64,000 nucleotides of DNA from positions 64,001 through 128,000 of the IMG/VR virus record IMGVR_UViG_3300033066_001283; one strand, written 5' to 3'. Position 1 is the first letter of the stretch. The number at the start of each line of letters is the position of its first letter. Source of the stretch: a virus. Taxonomy: Duplodnaviria; Caudoviricetes. The notes beneath the pieces are model-generated. The model ran no database searches. It saw only the letters and a list, made by a program, of their open reading frames with translations, and had not been told where the DNA came from. This document shows, piece after piece, positions 19,562 through 30,349 of this stretch. The position numbers were made by a program, and so were the translations under genes.

Positions 19562-22500
19562 TTAACTACTCCATGCATCCTTCTTCATCTCGGCTATGAG
19601 TTGATCAGTTTGGTCTTCAAACAGGTGCATATTAACATTAACTACATTCGTATCCGATGCTTTTATATCATATTTTACTCTTAAATTTTTACCTGCTAAG
19701 GCTGTGATTGCTTCCAATCTTCCACCAATCAAGAATCCAGTACCCCGATCCATTCTAGGTATCATAACATTCTTAGTGTGGTCTCTAGCTCTCTCAGTTC
19801 TTGCCCTAGAAGGTCTATCAATCTTCTGTCCTTCCATCTCAGCAGCACGATCCTCAATATCATCTAATTCTACAGATGGATCCCAACCTTGCCAGAATGG
19901 TCCTGGTAAGAAATGTTTCTGGAAGTATTTAGACATTCTAGGTCTTATTGGTAAGTCTCTTTCATCTACTCCAATAAACTTACCGAGTGTTCTTTTCTCG
20001 GGATTAGAAAGTAGACTATAGAATCTCTCTTTCTCTCTTCTAGAACCATTTAGAATAACACTTCTAGCCAATTGCTTATGTCTATCTGGGATTGCTGATA
20101 GAGCTTCATCTAGTGAACCTGAATCTGGATCAAAAGCATACATAGTTCCCATAGCTTTCTTCTCAGCATTTAAAGCCAAGATTGCCCATGGACCTAAGCC
20201 TACAGTTGTTCTCTTTTCAGCATCTTCTAGCTGATCAATATCTACTCCCTCAAGTCTTTTAGCTTTCTTCTTCGCTGCATTTGCAATAGTTGAGAATTTA
20301 ACGAACTTGATTAGATCCCAATATTCATCATGCATTCTTCTCTTCTTAACTCTAGAAGGAACCCATTCATCATGATGAACAAGATCATAGAATGATTTTA
20401 AGGTTGCTAAACTACCACCAGCAACTGCTCCAGCTATTCCAGCCCACTTCTTATACTCTTTACTACCGGTTATAAACATACCAGCAATAGCAGCACCCAT
20501 TAGTGCGCCTTCAAATGGGTTCTTAGAGGCAATAGCAGATAGAGTTGGTCCACCAAATGTATCCCACATATGTGCCCAAGAGGTCTCGTCGGACCCGAAC
20601 GCTTCTGAGCGTTCTAATTGCTCCGTTGCAGTTCTCACTCTTAGAAATTTATTAGAGTTATGAATAGTATATTGTAAGGTAGAAAATGTATGATTATCTT
20701 CAACTTCAATATCAACCACTTGATTTTCTATTTCAACCTTCTCTATAGATTTTATCTGTAAAAGGCTAAATCCATCTAATACTCTACGTCTCCAACAATT
20801 ATTTCCTTTACCCATTGCGTATTTAAAGTCTTTTTCAATATACTCATCATTACAATTTATAAACTCTTCTAGCTCCTCTGAGTACCCCAAATTAAGAGTA
20901 AGATATTCTCGCTCTCCAACATAGAACGTACTAATATTACTTGGAATTTTCCAAAGGTCAAATAAGCAATCTCGAGTCCAGGTAATTAATTCTTTAGCTT
21001 TTAAAGTAATATCTGTGTATGCATATCTTCGCTTTACTGCGTCTCCTCTAAACAGACCTCTAATAAACTCAGCCCTAAGTTCTTTATTAGCTAAGATTTC
21101 ATCTGGCGCGATTTTGTTTCCCTTAGTTCCAAAGTACTTTTCTACAAAGGTACTAAGAACAATATCTGCAATACCAAAAACAATCCCATTTCCTTTTGTT
21201 TTTGTTTGAACATGAAGCCCAAGTGTATTAGCAATGTTTATTACATCATTATGATAATCTACTTCTTTAATATGAAAGCCTAATTCAATTCCTCTAGGCT
21301 TGTTATCTCTACCGTATTTTAATGACCCCTCAGCAGCATAGTATCCCATTAATCGGGCCAATTCTCTAGTAATTACAATCTTCTGAGTTCTAAGATGTAT
21401 GTTATTTCCTGAATATATCCCTTTATCATTATTCTTAAACTTAGGATCTAGATCTAGTATACTAACTTCGGGGGGTACTATATTAGGTAAATTTCTAGAC
21501 TTATAAACTAGATAATCTCCTAGAGTTAACTTTTCTACATTTCTAAACTCAATACTATCTGGCGGAATACAGTGATTTTCAAGTTTTCGCTTGATTCTTA
21601 CAGTCTTTCTTACAGTTTTATTTGCAGCTAGAACTTGATGATTCCCCGTAATATAAAAAGGAATATTAGATCCGTGAGTCATAATTTTATAGACTTGATT
21701 AGTTGGTTTTCCAATTCTAGTATCAAGCACTTTCTTATACTCTCCAGTGTGTGTTAAAACTTCATCTCCTATTTCAATCTCAGAAGCTTTTTTGATTTTA
21801 AATTTAGTCTGCACAAAAGTATTCTCATCAATGCAGAACATATTATCTCTATGTAATAGATTCTCAGCTATCTTTCCAAAGATAGGCTCACCAAATAATA
21901 CTCTTCCTGATAAGGGATCACGGGCTTCTGAATCACGATCAGCGTAATCTGAGTTAATTAGTCTTGCATTAGCTGATCCAAAGATTGCAGGTAGATTAGC
22001 ATCATTAGTAAGCTCAGGATTCCATTGACCCTCTAGAAGTGTCATCTTATGTTTCTTTCCAACGACAATTCCATACTCCTTCATAATAGTTTCAGGATCT
22101 TTTATAGCAAAAGCTTGATTATCCCATTTAATTCCTGCCATCTTAAAAGTTCCAATATCAGTTGTAACTGATCCATCACCATTAACTCCTAATATCATTG
22201 CTGAGTGGGTTTCTAATTTAGGAGAGTATCTATTAGGGTAAAGATTATAATCTTCTGATAATTTACCTGCTGTTCTTAAGGCTACTTGGAATCTCTGTTT
22301 TTCAAAGCCACCAAATCCTCCTGATTCTTCAGCAAACTGTACAGCATCTCTGAATTCTTGTGATTTAGGTGCAACTCTAGCTAAGATTTCAATTCTAGAA
22401 AGAAGATCATAGGTTTCATATTTAGATACAGTTCCCTGTGCTACAAGCTTATTCATAACAGCTCTTGCTCTATCTACCTTATCCAGTATGTTCTGCCATC

Positions 22501-25500
22501 TGTGGGGATCAAATGGATAATCCTCAATTCTAACCTGAGACATATCATCTCTATTAACAAAAGCTAAGTGTGCCATCTTAAGCCCTGTTATAGCCATGTA
22601 TGCAGTGATCTGATCTATATACTTATCAGGTGTATGACCCCAAGACTTAGCACCTTGAGTTTTAATATCAAATATTTCATTTCCAGTAGGGCCCCTAACT
22701 ATAGCATCAATAGTACCAGAGATATTATGCTCCTTATCAAAGATGGAAACTTCAGCTCCAACTAGGATACCTTGATCTCGAAGCTGCCTCTGGATTTTCA
22801 AGTGAGCTTCAGAGTTTCCAGTATAGAAGACTTTGCCTTTTCTACGTGCGCACCAAGTACTGTTCTTAACTGTTGGACACCAGACAATACCAGTATATTC
22901 TACTTCAGTTTTTCTATTCTCAGAAGGTTTATGAAAGGCATATTTTGACTGAGAATGAAATCCTAGAATACACTCATTGCAAATTCTTTCTTTACCCTTA
23001 TATCTATAGATCCACGGTGATCCCAATCTAAGATTAGTCCTTTTCCCCAGCAAAATACAAGCTAGTTCTATAGCTTCTAACGCTTCTTCTTCTTTTTGTC
23101 CTATTTGATTGGCACATTTGCCATCTGCTTTGATTGAAGTTTCTATGAATATGTTAAGTTGCTCTTCAGTTAGCTTCTTAATAAAGTCTGTTGAGGCTAT
23201 TTTATTTGGAACCACCTTTAATAGCTCTTCAGAGGCTGGAACATTTAATGCGAAAGTGGCAAAATCTGTCTTGGTAGAATATTCTCTCCACATTGGAGGA
23301 TTACTACTATAATTTGAATGCATATTTGAGCTTTCAGGTCCAAATAAATTAGTCAATATTTGCCTTATTTCTAACACATATGGCATATTGACTTTTTTTG
23401 ATTGATGGATAAATACAGCTCTCTTTCCATGTAAAGATCCTTCGGTCCAATACCATGCTACCAATTTCACAAAATCATCAGAATAAGTCCGTACACTAGG
23501 AATTTCACCACATTTTGCTCCTAAAATAATAGCTTGATTTCTTTTTCCTATTTCTTCTGATGTGCTCCATTCCCTAGTTTCACGACTAAACACATTATTG
23601 TTATAATATGTACGTAAAATAGGCCATTTATGATTTTTTGTTGTAAGAGATGAATGCCACTTGCTCTCCAAGGAAACCAGTTTCTCATCTGCAACACTAT
23701 AACTATTAATATGATCTACTGGATGCCATTCACTAAGTCCAGTATCATGATTCAAGGTTAGGATTTTATCCCCCACCTTAAACTCTCCATATTTCTTCCA
23801 TCCATTCTCAGTAAGTATTTCAGTTTCTATATCAACGCATCCAAAATTCACAATGTCTTCTGCACTATCTCCTTCTAATGGTTGCATTGGGTTTAACCAT
23901 TTCTGAATAATCTCTTTCTCAGTTAAGCCAATATTAGATCCACGAACCCTGAGAGGCTCATCATATGGATGTTCACGTTCCCAAGCTTCGCCTGGAAGAT
24001 TATGTTCACCAGCAGGTGTTCTAAGCATTGCGTTACCTGTATTATGTGTTGCAAGCCCAGGTAAACAGAATGAATTATCTCCATCGATAGAAATAGCTAC
24101 TAATGGTTCTTGTTCAACTTCTTCCTTCTCAGTTAATTTACAATAGAAGTATCCATCTTCAAAATACCAATGTCCAGACCATTTATTTTCATTTAGCTTT
24201 TTGCCTAGTTGAGAAGTTCCAGCCTTATCAAATTTTATAAGTTCTGAGAATTTGTATGCTTGTGTGCTATTAAAAGAAATTCCTTCTTTACTAAGACTTC
24301 CTACGATATTATTTGCTAACGCAAATTGCCAAATTTTGTACAATAATTCCATATTGTGGGGTTGCTTGGCAGCTACATGTGGAGTATTTTTGTAAATAGT
24401 ATAACACCCATCTCCATTAAAGAATGTTCTTAATGCGATCTTCCAGTTATCAACTCCACATACTAGTTTTTTCTTATATGGTCCTTGAACCAAAAAGTTC
24501 TTTAAGAAATCAGCAATAATTGCACTAGAGTACACAACTACTTTACCATGACCACAATATTCGTATTGATATATTTTACCTCTAAGTCCCCATAGATTGA
24601 ACATAGCTTGGTCTAACTCTTCAATAAATGAGTTTTCATCCTCGTGAAAACCAAAAACTATGTTTCTTCCTCGCACAGAGCCCTCAGCAACAAAGTACCC
24701 AATAAATATTCCCCATTCTGGAGAATTAATATCAACAAATCTAGATACTTTTTGAAGTTGCGAGTTTTTAGATTGTCTAGCTTTTGCACCCAAACATTTA
24801 TCCCACTCGATTCCTAAGGTTGAGCATACTTCTTTACATTGACCTTTTTCCCAATAGTCAATATCATTAGCCATCATATATTCTACTAATTTATATAATG
24901 CTTCCCTAGTTTTATAGGGATAGATATAGTCTTTTGTAACTGAGAACCTTTCAACATATTTTGATATGTCTACTATACTCTCCTTTTCCACTAATTCCTC
25001 AATTTTAGGAATAGGGTATCCTACAAAGTCCCCAATATTAATATTTTTGATTTCTTTCCAACCAGTAGGTGTCCAAAGAGGATGTTCCTCAGAGAGTTTG
25101 GCTGTAAAGTGTTGTTTACCTGTAGTTTTTATCTTGTAAAGTTTTTCACCAGAGTCCATTTTGCGAAGTACTAATGAAGTTAGTGGGGATAAATTGCCTT
25201 TATGCGTTCTTATGGTATCCCCAATCTTTAAATCTATAGCTTTTTTGAAGCTATTGCCATCTACTTCTACAAGAGTATCATAGGTAATACACTTAAATCT
25301 ATCTGGGAGCCAGCTAGGCATGTCATTAATTAAATTAGATGGTGCATCATATGGCTGCTGACGATAGTTAACAAACCTTCTTAAGAATTCCCCTAATGGT
25401 CCTGTAGCTTCGCCATAATCCCCTGCGAACATTCTTCTAATAATGTTATGATCAGCATTAGGATTTTGTCTAGCAGTAGAATCATATTCTGTTGGGAAGA

Positions 25501-28500
25501 ATGGAACTCTCTGTAGAAGCGTACCATATAGTCCAAACTGTCTTCTAAATATATCTGAGGCACCAGTAATAATATTCTGGAGAGACATGGATCCTTCACT
25601 ATGTCCATGGAAATAGTTAAGTCGTAATGGAAGTCCCCCAGGATGTGCCCCTCCTGGCCCCGTAGAGCCCGCTCCACCGGGGTATCCACCCACTTCCCCA
25701 AATAATACGGGGGTACCTCCTCCAGACGTCTGTATGGGCAAACCATAGCCAAATGTGCCATAGCCTAATTCTCCATATTGACCTTGGCTATTTATTTCTA
25801 AGTAGTTTTCATCTCTAAGATTATTCAGTTCTTTTCTATGTTGAGCATGTTGTACATATGGATTGTGAGGAGAATAACTGAATGAATTATCTACTTCTGT
25901 CCAATGTGATTTCCATCTACGATAGAAGTTAGGTCTAACATATTTAACTTTTCCACCATGGATACTTCCACGCGTTCCAATAACCCAGCCACGACCTGAT
26001 CTAACTTCTTCATCGCCATAGAATAGATAATCTTCATATTCGTCATGTGATCTTGGATGGAAATATTGATCTAATCCTGGTAATAATCCTACTAAATATT
26101 TATTTATTTTAGTAATTCCTAATGCATCCTTAACAGTTGCGCCAGCTAGGTTAGCATTAGCTAAAATATTAGCTCCAATATCATCAACACCAGGCATATC
26201 TGATTGATGAGCTAAATGATTAAGTCCTTGATACGCTGCATAAGCTCCAACCAATGGAGCAACTCTCTTACCATAGAATCCTAATAGTGATCTAGCAGCA
26301 GTAATTCTATCTTGTTGTCCTAATCCTATACCAATGTTATTAGCAATCTCTTGGGGCATTTGCATTAGTATGGTTGTAGCCATACTAAACTGCCCAAGAG
26401 GATGATTAGGATCAACTAATGATTGAATATAGTCTCCTAGGCCAAAACCTTTACCATATTGCTCTCTAAGTACCTTAAGTGGGTTCTCAAAGATTTCACC
26501 TAATGATGGTGTTTCATTAGGTATTGCAAAGTGCATAGGTTGATTAAGAACATTCTCAGACATGTCTTGTGGGAACCAAGCACCTTTACCTCCAATCTTT
26601 TCAAGCAATTTAGCATGTTCAGCAATAGTTGTAACTAGTTTAGCTTTTCTATCTTCATACCCTTTTCCTAAGATGGCCATTGACTCTTCTACTGAATATC
26701 TTAATTCATCAGCAATCTTAGCTTTAACCAATGGGTCATTAGTAAGAGATAATAGTTCTTGTGGATCTACTAATGTTCCTAGAACTGCGTTAAGTTTGTT
26801 AAAGTCTACATACTTTCCATTATATACCTGACCTAGGAAGTTTTTAGTTTGTTCAGTACTTAGACCTAACCTAGCAATTGCTTTCCCAATAACAGTATCA
26901 GAATCTAATGACCCTGCAATTCCATCTTGGATTTGCGCCATTATATGTCTTGAACTAGACTCAGCATTTTCAAGTGTTGTGTATGAAGCTTCTGCTACCC
27001 ACTGAGATAGAAGACCTTCCTGAAGCTTTTGGAACATAGGAGAAATTCCAGTTTTGCCTTCAACTTCCTGTCTTAACTCTCCAAAGAATCCATTCTTAAT
27101 TTTGGATGCTTCAGTAATCTGCTCTGGCTCAGAGGCAAAGGATGTAACTGCTCTCCATAGTTTGGAGTTTAATTGGTGCAGAGGTGAATACCATCTATCT
27201 TGATCAGCTCTTCTAGTTGCTGCTTCTAGAAGAGAGAATGGCTCTCCTGGGAATCCAGCATTATCTGGAATACCTGCTACAGCTTTAGCCAAGTCTTTAG
27301 CATTTCCAGCTCTTTCATATACACTATGAAGAAGTCCTCTATAATCCTTCCAAGGATAGTGAGAACTAGTAGCAATAACATTCTCAACCACATTTACATT
27401 ATCTGCTAGGAAATCTCCAATACTCTCACTCGATCTAGATCTTTCAATCATTATTCGATCTAATGCGAGTAGTCTATCACCAGGAGTTATATTAGTATTT
27501 GTTCTTAGAAGATGAGCTAATTGATCTGGATGAATTTTAGTTACATCTAATGCAGCACTCTTACCGTGTGTTAAAGAGTATAAGGGTGAATACTCTTGAA
27601 TCTTAGGCTTACCAATAAATCCTACTGATGGATCATAATCTAGATCCATCCAATTGGGAGATGTTGCATATGCCATTCTTTGAAGATCATTTAAACTACC
27701 TGATCCTGGTTTCCAGTTTTTTCTATACCCTTCTCCCCACTTATCTAAATAATTCTCAATCTCTAAGGATCTTAAGCCTGCCATTCTTTGTATGGCAGCA
27801 CTATTTCTAGATTTATAGGTTGCAATTTTATGCCCTGTATCAATAATAGATTCTGCCTCAGGATCCATAATAAGCAGGTGTTCACCTAAGGCTACACCAT
27901 GACTTTGAACAGAGTTAATAGAATGTTTAAATGCTTTAGAAAGCTCAGCCTGACCTTGAAGGTTACCTAAGTGAATAACGGCTTTATGCTCTGTTTGAGC
28001 AAACTTAAATAATCTTACTGGAACATTAAACTTGTAAGGAATAAGTGGTAACTGTAAATGGCTAAATCCCTTCTCTAATAAATGTCTAGCTGTATTAGAC
28101 ACGTGTGCAGTGGATATAATTCTTCCATCAGCACCTAAAGAATATCCTGAATGTGTAGAGTGGAAAAGATTTACTAATTCATCAACTATAGGCTCATTCC
28201 ACTTATGAACCTTATTCTTATTTTGAGTTCTAGTTTCAGCGAACAAATCCTGGATATTATGCATAACTTCATTATACATACTTGTATACCCACCTTTATA
28301 CCCCATTGTATTAAGATAGGTATCCATTTTACCCTGTAATTTCTTTGAACGCTTTATTTCTCCCCAGGTTAAAGATCTACCAGGAATATTCTTAGACTTA
28401 ATTAGTGCTCTTTCTCTAGCTTCAACAGTTCTAGTCCAGGCATCTTTCAAAGATTGTGCAACCTTCGTATGATTCTGCTTTAAGAAGTGGTCTACTTCTT

Positions 28501-29098
28501 CTTGAGTTGCATTCTTATCTCTTCCTGCAGTTATAAGATTTCTGAATATTTCCTGTTGCTTTCTTTTAAAATCAGCCTGAAATACAATATCAAGTTTCGC
28601 AGCTTTCTTTTCTAATGCTGATAAATATTCTTGGGGGTTGATATGCTCTACCGCTTGCATATCAACAGCACCAATAATTGGAGAGAATGAAGGAATTAAG
28701 CCTTTTAACTTGGAGACAAATTTCTCATGATCTCCAGCCTCATATCCTTCAATTAAAGGAGCCAGTACATCTCTATAAGCTCTAGCTCTTTTCTGGTGTG
28801 TTAAAGTTGTATAAGCAGAAGAGCGTATTTCTTTAGTTGCAGTTCCAAAAAACTGACTAGCTTCAGATGCTGTCTTTTTAAATACTTCTGAGAATTCTGT
28901 ACCTACAACTCCTAGGAGTGAATTGCCTTTCTCAGTAGCTAAGAACTTACCAAATTGAGCAGTTGCAGCTCCACCTATCATTGGTAAAGCTGCAAACCCT
29001 ATACTTACAATCCCTGCAATTTCAGCTGCAGCCCAGGCTTTATGTGTAAAGGTATGTGGGTCATCCTTAGATGAGTAATACCCTCGATCCCATATCAT
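19562..29098 (-). CDS. Giant tape-measure-position virion protein (3178 aa; 2026 aa after splicing three inteins) with a Cas4/RecB-like PD-(D/E)XK nuclease domain
   Basis: Follows the tail chaperones and contains three inteins. Nuclease motifs: FG/SEAH...AEVSI...SGTIDAIV...IFDIKT...DQITAYM. Confidence 0.65.
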   Translation of the reverse strand: MIWDRGYYSSKDDPHTFTHKAWAAAEIAGIVSIGFAALPMIGGAATAQFGKFLATEKGNSLLGVVGTEFSEVFKKTASEASQFFGTATKEIRSSAYTTLTHQKRARAYRDVLAPLIEGYEAGDHEKFVSKLKGLIPSFSPIIGAVDMQAVEHINPQEYLSALEKKAAKLDIVFQADFKRKQQEIFRNLITAGRDKNATQEEVDHFLKQNHTKVAQSLKDAWTRTVEARERALIKSKNIPGRSLTWGEIKRSKKLQGKMDTYLNTMGYKGGYTSMYNEVMHNIQDLFAETRTQNKNKVHKWNEPIVDELVNLFHSTHSGYSLGADGRIISTAHVSNTARHLLEKGFSHLQLPLIPYKFNVPVRLFKFAQTEHKAVIHLGNLQGQAELSKAFKHSINSVQSHGVALGEHLLIMDPEAESIIDTGHKIATYKSRNSAAIQRMAGLRSLEIENYLDKWGEGYRKNWKPGSGSLNDLQRMAYATSPNWMDLDYDPSVGFIGKPKIQEYSPLYSLTHGKSAALDVTKIHPDQLAHLLRTNTNITPGDRLLALDRIMIERSRSSESIGDFLADNVNVVENVIATSSHYPWKDYRGLLHSVYERAGNAKDLAKAVAGIPDNAGFPGEPFSLLEAATRRADQDRWYSPLHQLNSKLWRAVTSFASEPEQITEASKIKNGFFGELRQEVEGKTGISPMFQKLQEGLLSQWVAEASYTTLENAESSSRHIMAQIQDGIAGSLDSDTVIGKAIARLGLSTEQTKNFLGQVYNGKYVDFNKLNAVLGTLVDPQELLSLTNDPLVKAKIADELRYSVEESMAILGKGYEDRKAKLVTTIAEHAKLLEKIGGKGAWFPQDMSENVLNQPMHFAIPNETPSLGEIFENPLKVLREQYGKGFGLGDYIQSLVDPNHPLGQFSMATTILMQMPQEIANNIGIGLGQQDRITAARSLLGFYGKRVAPLVGAYAAYQGLNHLAHQSDMPGVDDIGANILANANLAGATVKDALGITKINKYLVGLLPGLDQYFHPRSHDEYEDYLFYGDEEVRSGRGWVIGTRGSIHGGKVKYVRPNFYRRWKSHWTEVDNSFSYSPHNPYVQHAQHRKELNNLRDENYLEINSQGQYGELGYGTFGYGLPIQTSGGGTPVLFGEVGGYPGGAGSTGPGGAHPGGLPLRLNYFHGHSEGSMSLQNIITGASDIFRRQFGLYGTLLQRVPFFPTEYDSTARQNPNADHNIIRRMFAGDYGEATGPLGEFLRRFVNYRQQPYDAPSNLINDMPSWLPDRFKCITYDTLVEVDGNSFKKAIDLKIGDTIRTHKGNLSPLTSLVLRKMDSGEKLYKIKTTGKQHFTAKLSEEHPLWTPTGWKEIKNINIGDFVGYPIPKIEELVEKESIVDISKYVERFSVTKDYIYPYKTREALYKLVEYMMANDIDYWEKGQCKEVCSTLGIEWDKCLGAKARQSKNSQLQKVSRFVDINSPEWGIFIGYFVAEGSVRGRNIVFGFHEDENSFIEELDQAMFNLWGLRGKIYQYEYCGHGKVVVYSSAIIADFLKNFLVQGPYKKKLVCGVDNWKIALRTFFNGDGCYTIYKNTPHVAAKQPHNMELLYKIWQFALANNIVGSLSKEGISFNSTQAYKFSELIKFDKAGTSQLGKKLNENKWSGHWYFEDGYFYCKLTEKEEVEQEPLVAISIDGDNSFCLPGLATHNTGNAMLRTPAGEHNLPGEAWEREHPYDEPLRVRGSNIGLTEKEIIQKWLNPMQPLEGDSAEDIVNFGCVDIETEILTENGWKKYGEFKVGDKILTLNHDTGLSEWHPVDHINSYSVADEKLVSLESKWHSSLTTKNHKWPILRTYYNNNVFSRETREWSTSEEIGKRNQAIILGAKCGEIPSVRTYSDDFVKLVAWYWTEGSLHGKRAVFIHQSKKVNMPYVLEIRQILTNLFGPESSNMHSNYSSNPPMWREYSTKTDFATFALNVPASEELLKVVPNKIASTDFIKKLTEEQLNIFIETSIKADGKCANQIGQKEEEALEAIELACILLGKRTNLRLGSPWIYRYKGKERICNECILGFHSQSKYAFHKPSENRKTEVEYTGIVWCPTVKNSTWCARRKGKVFYTGNSEAHLKIQRQLRDQGILVGAEVSIFDKEHNISGTIDAIVRGPTGNEIFDIKTQGAKSWGHTPDKYIDQITAYMAITGLKMAHLAFVNRDDMSQVRIEDYPFDPHRWQNILDKVDRARAVMNKLVAQGTVSKYETYDLLSRIEILARVAPKSQEFRDAVQFAEESGGFGGFEKQRFQVALRTAGKLSEDYNLYPNRYSPKLETHSAMILGVNGDGSVTTDIGTFKMAGIKWDNQAFAIKDPETIMKEYGIVVGKKHKMTLLEGQWNPELTNDANLPAIFGSANARLINSDYADRDSEARDPLSGRVLFGEPIFGKIAENLLHRDNMFCIDENTFVQTKFKIKKASEIEIGDEVLTHTGEYKKVLDTRIGKPTNQVYKIMTHGSNIPFYITGNHQVLAANKTVRKTVRIKRKLENHCIPPDSIEFRNVEKLTLGDYLVYKSRNLPNIVPPEVSILDLDPKFKNNDKGIYSGNNIHLRTQKIVITRELARLMGYYAAEGSLKYGRDNKPRGIELGFHIKEVDYHNDVINIANTLGLHVQTKTKGNGIVFGIADIVLSTFVEKYFGTKGNKIAPDEILANKELRAEFIRGLFRGDAVKRRYAYTDITLKAKELITWTRDCLFDLWKIPSNISTFYVGEREYLTLNLGYSEELEEFINCNDEYIEKDFKYAMGKGNNCWRRRVLDGFSLLQIKSIEKVEIENQVVDIEVEDNHTFSTLQYTIHNSNKFLRVRTATEQLERSEAFGSDETSWAHMWDTFGGPTLSAIASKNPFEGALMGAAIAGMFITGSKEYKKWAGIAGAVAGGSLATLKSFYDLVHHDEWVPSRVKKRRMHDEYWDLIKFVKFSTIANAAKKKAKRLEGVDIDQLEDAEKRTTVGLGPWAILALNAEKKAMGTMYAFDPDSGSLDEALSAIPDRHKQLARSVILNGSRREKERFYSLLSNPEKRTLGKFIGVDERDLPIRPRMSKYFQKHFLPGPFWQGWDPSVELDDIEDRAAEMEGQKIDRPSRARTERARDHTKNVMIPRMDRGTGFLIGGRLEAITALAGKNLRVKYDIKASDTNVVNVNMHLFEDQTDQLIAEMKKDAWSS
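20657..21835 (-). mobile_element. Intein 3 (393 aa, LAGLIDADG)
   Basis: DNMF|CIDENTFV...TGNHQV...LMGYYAAEGS...LFRGD...VVDIEVEDNHTF...TIHN|SNKF. Confidence 0.92.
22814..23839 (-). mobile_element. Intein 2 (342 aa, LAGLIDADG, GN terminus)
   Basis: VNFG|CVDIETEIL...TKNHKW...LVAWYWTEGS...IKADG...VWCPTV...FYTGN|SEAH. Confidence 0.92.
24041..25291 (-). mobile_element. Intein 1 (417 aa, LAGLIDADG)
   Basis: PDRFK|CITYDTLV...SEEHPLW...FIGYFVAEGS...FFNGDG...LATHN|TGN; the +1 residue is Thr. Confidence 0.92.
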
Positions 29099-29661
29099 TT
29101 CTTTCTATAGTCAAATCTTTCCACATCATATCCCTTCACACCAGGTTTCAGTTGATCCCTTGGGAAAGGAATATTAGTAGTTGTACCCACACCTGTTTGT
29201 GGAGTATTCTCCTGTAACTTAAAAGCTTCGCTAATTGGTATTGCATATAGACTCTCAAATTGAAATTTACCTAGTGTAAGATACCTGCAATAATAAAATG
29301 GATCACAATTGTGCAGATGTTCTAAAGTCAATCCTGGAACTAAAGCCACTGCTACTGCTTCTAATGATCCAGTTTCACTTTGAATCCACTCTATTGCATC
29401 ATTATAGATAGAGCCTTCTGCATCAACTCCTGAGATTCGATAAATCTCTTTTAGAAGTTTCTGAACTACACCACAAAGTGCAGTTTCCCAATTCTCTTCA
29501 CCTTGAACACAAGTCTCAAGAATATAGTTCTCAGCTTCATAAGTACTAGCTTTTAGTCCTGCTCTTCTTAACTCTGCAGCTGTTAAACCCCTAAAGACAT
29601 AATCCTTAGGGGTTCGAAGCTTACTATCTAGAAGTACAATCTTATAGTACTTATATTCCAT
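29095..29661 (-). CDS. Tail assembly chaperone-like protein
   Basis: Lies between the tube genes and the giant gene; its N-domain VFRGLT...CV...G...L.KEIYRISG is paralogous to the upstream gene. Confidence 0.55.
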   Translation of the reverse strand: MEYKYYKIVLLDSKLRTPKDYVFRGLTAAELRRAGLKASTYEAENYILETCVQGEENWETALCGVVQKLLKEIYRISGVDAEGSIYNDAIEWIQSETGSLEAVAVALVPGLTLEHLHNCDPFYYCRYLTLGKFQFESLYAIPISEAFKLQENTPQTGVGTTTNIPFPRDQLKPGVKGYDVERFDYRKK

Positions 29662-29663
29662 AG

Positions 29664-30341
29664 TTACAACTCTTCTACTTCTGAAGTGTCATCCCATCCA
29701 CTGATGTCCATTGCTCTCTTAGAGATTGTATCTACTAATCCTGCTGGAATGGAATCCCAATTTACTGGATTTGGCCACATAATAACTGATCTGGCAATTG
29801 CCATTTGGGGATCATTAGACTGTTCAGCTAATTTAAGATCAGTTCTGGTCATAGGTCTAATGGCAAATACCCATCTACCTACTCTTAATCTGAATAAAGC
29901 AAATGCACTCTTAGAAAGGTTCTCTTTCTCTTCAGCAGGAATATCTCCCCAATAATCAAAGTCTTTGAGTGTAATTGTACTATCATCAGGACCTAAAACT
30001 CTACCTAAGACATCAATATTAATAAAGCCTGACTTTTCCTGAATAGATTTAGAGATTTGGGGTATATCTCCTACTCTAAGCAGCATTTTCTCTTCTATAG
30101 TAAGCTTAGGCCATAGAACACAAGAGTCAAAGATCTTCTCATTAATCTGCTCAAGTGGCAAAGGCTTATCTTGCATTGTGGCCTCATCACTAAGCTCTTT
30201 AATAGAATTCATCAGTTCAATTGAGATAGGCCTAAATACAGCCTCATCTTTCTTGTTCTGTGAAACCCATTTAAAAAGCTGCAGCTCTGGGTATTCTTTC
30301 TTTAAATTTTCAATTACGTTTTCGGGTACTAGTCCTTTCAT
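29664..30341 (-). CDS. Tail assembly chaperone-like protein with an internal tandem duplication
   Basis: Two repeats: FRPIS...CVLWP...GDIPQISKSIQEKSGF and IRPMT...VIMWP...GLVDTISKRAMDISGW. Confidence 0.6.
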   Translation of the reverse strand: MKGLVPENVIENLKKEYPELQLFKWVSQNKKDEAVFRPISIELMNSIKELSDEATMQDKPLPLEQINEKIFDSCVLWPKLTIEEKMLLRVGDIPQISKSIQEKSGFINIDVLGRVLGPDDSTITLKDFDYWGDIPAEEKENLSKSAFALFRLRVGRWVFAIRPMTRTDLKLAEQSNDPQMAIARSVIMWPNPVNWDSIPAGLVDTISKRAMDISGWDDTSEVEEL

Positions 30342-30349
30342 TTATTCTC

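Noticed and set aside
29655-29720. Programmed -1 frameshift between the tail chaperones
   Set aside because: No XXXYYYZ slippery heptamer was seen near the end of the first gene, and the second gene has its own ATG 2 nt after the stop.
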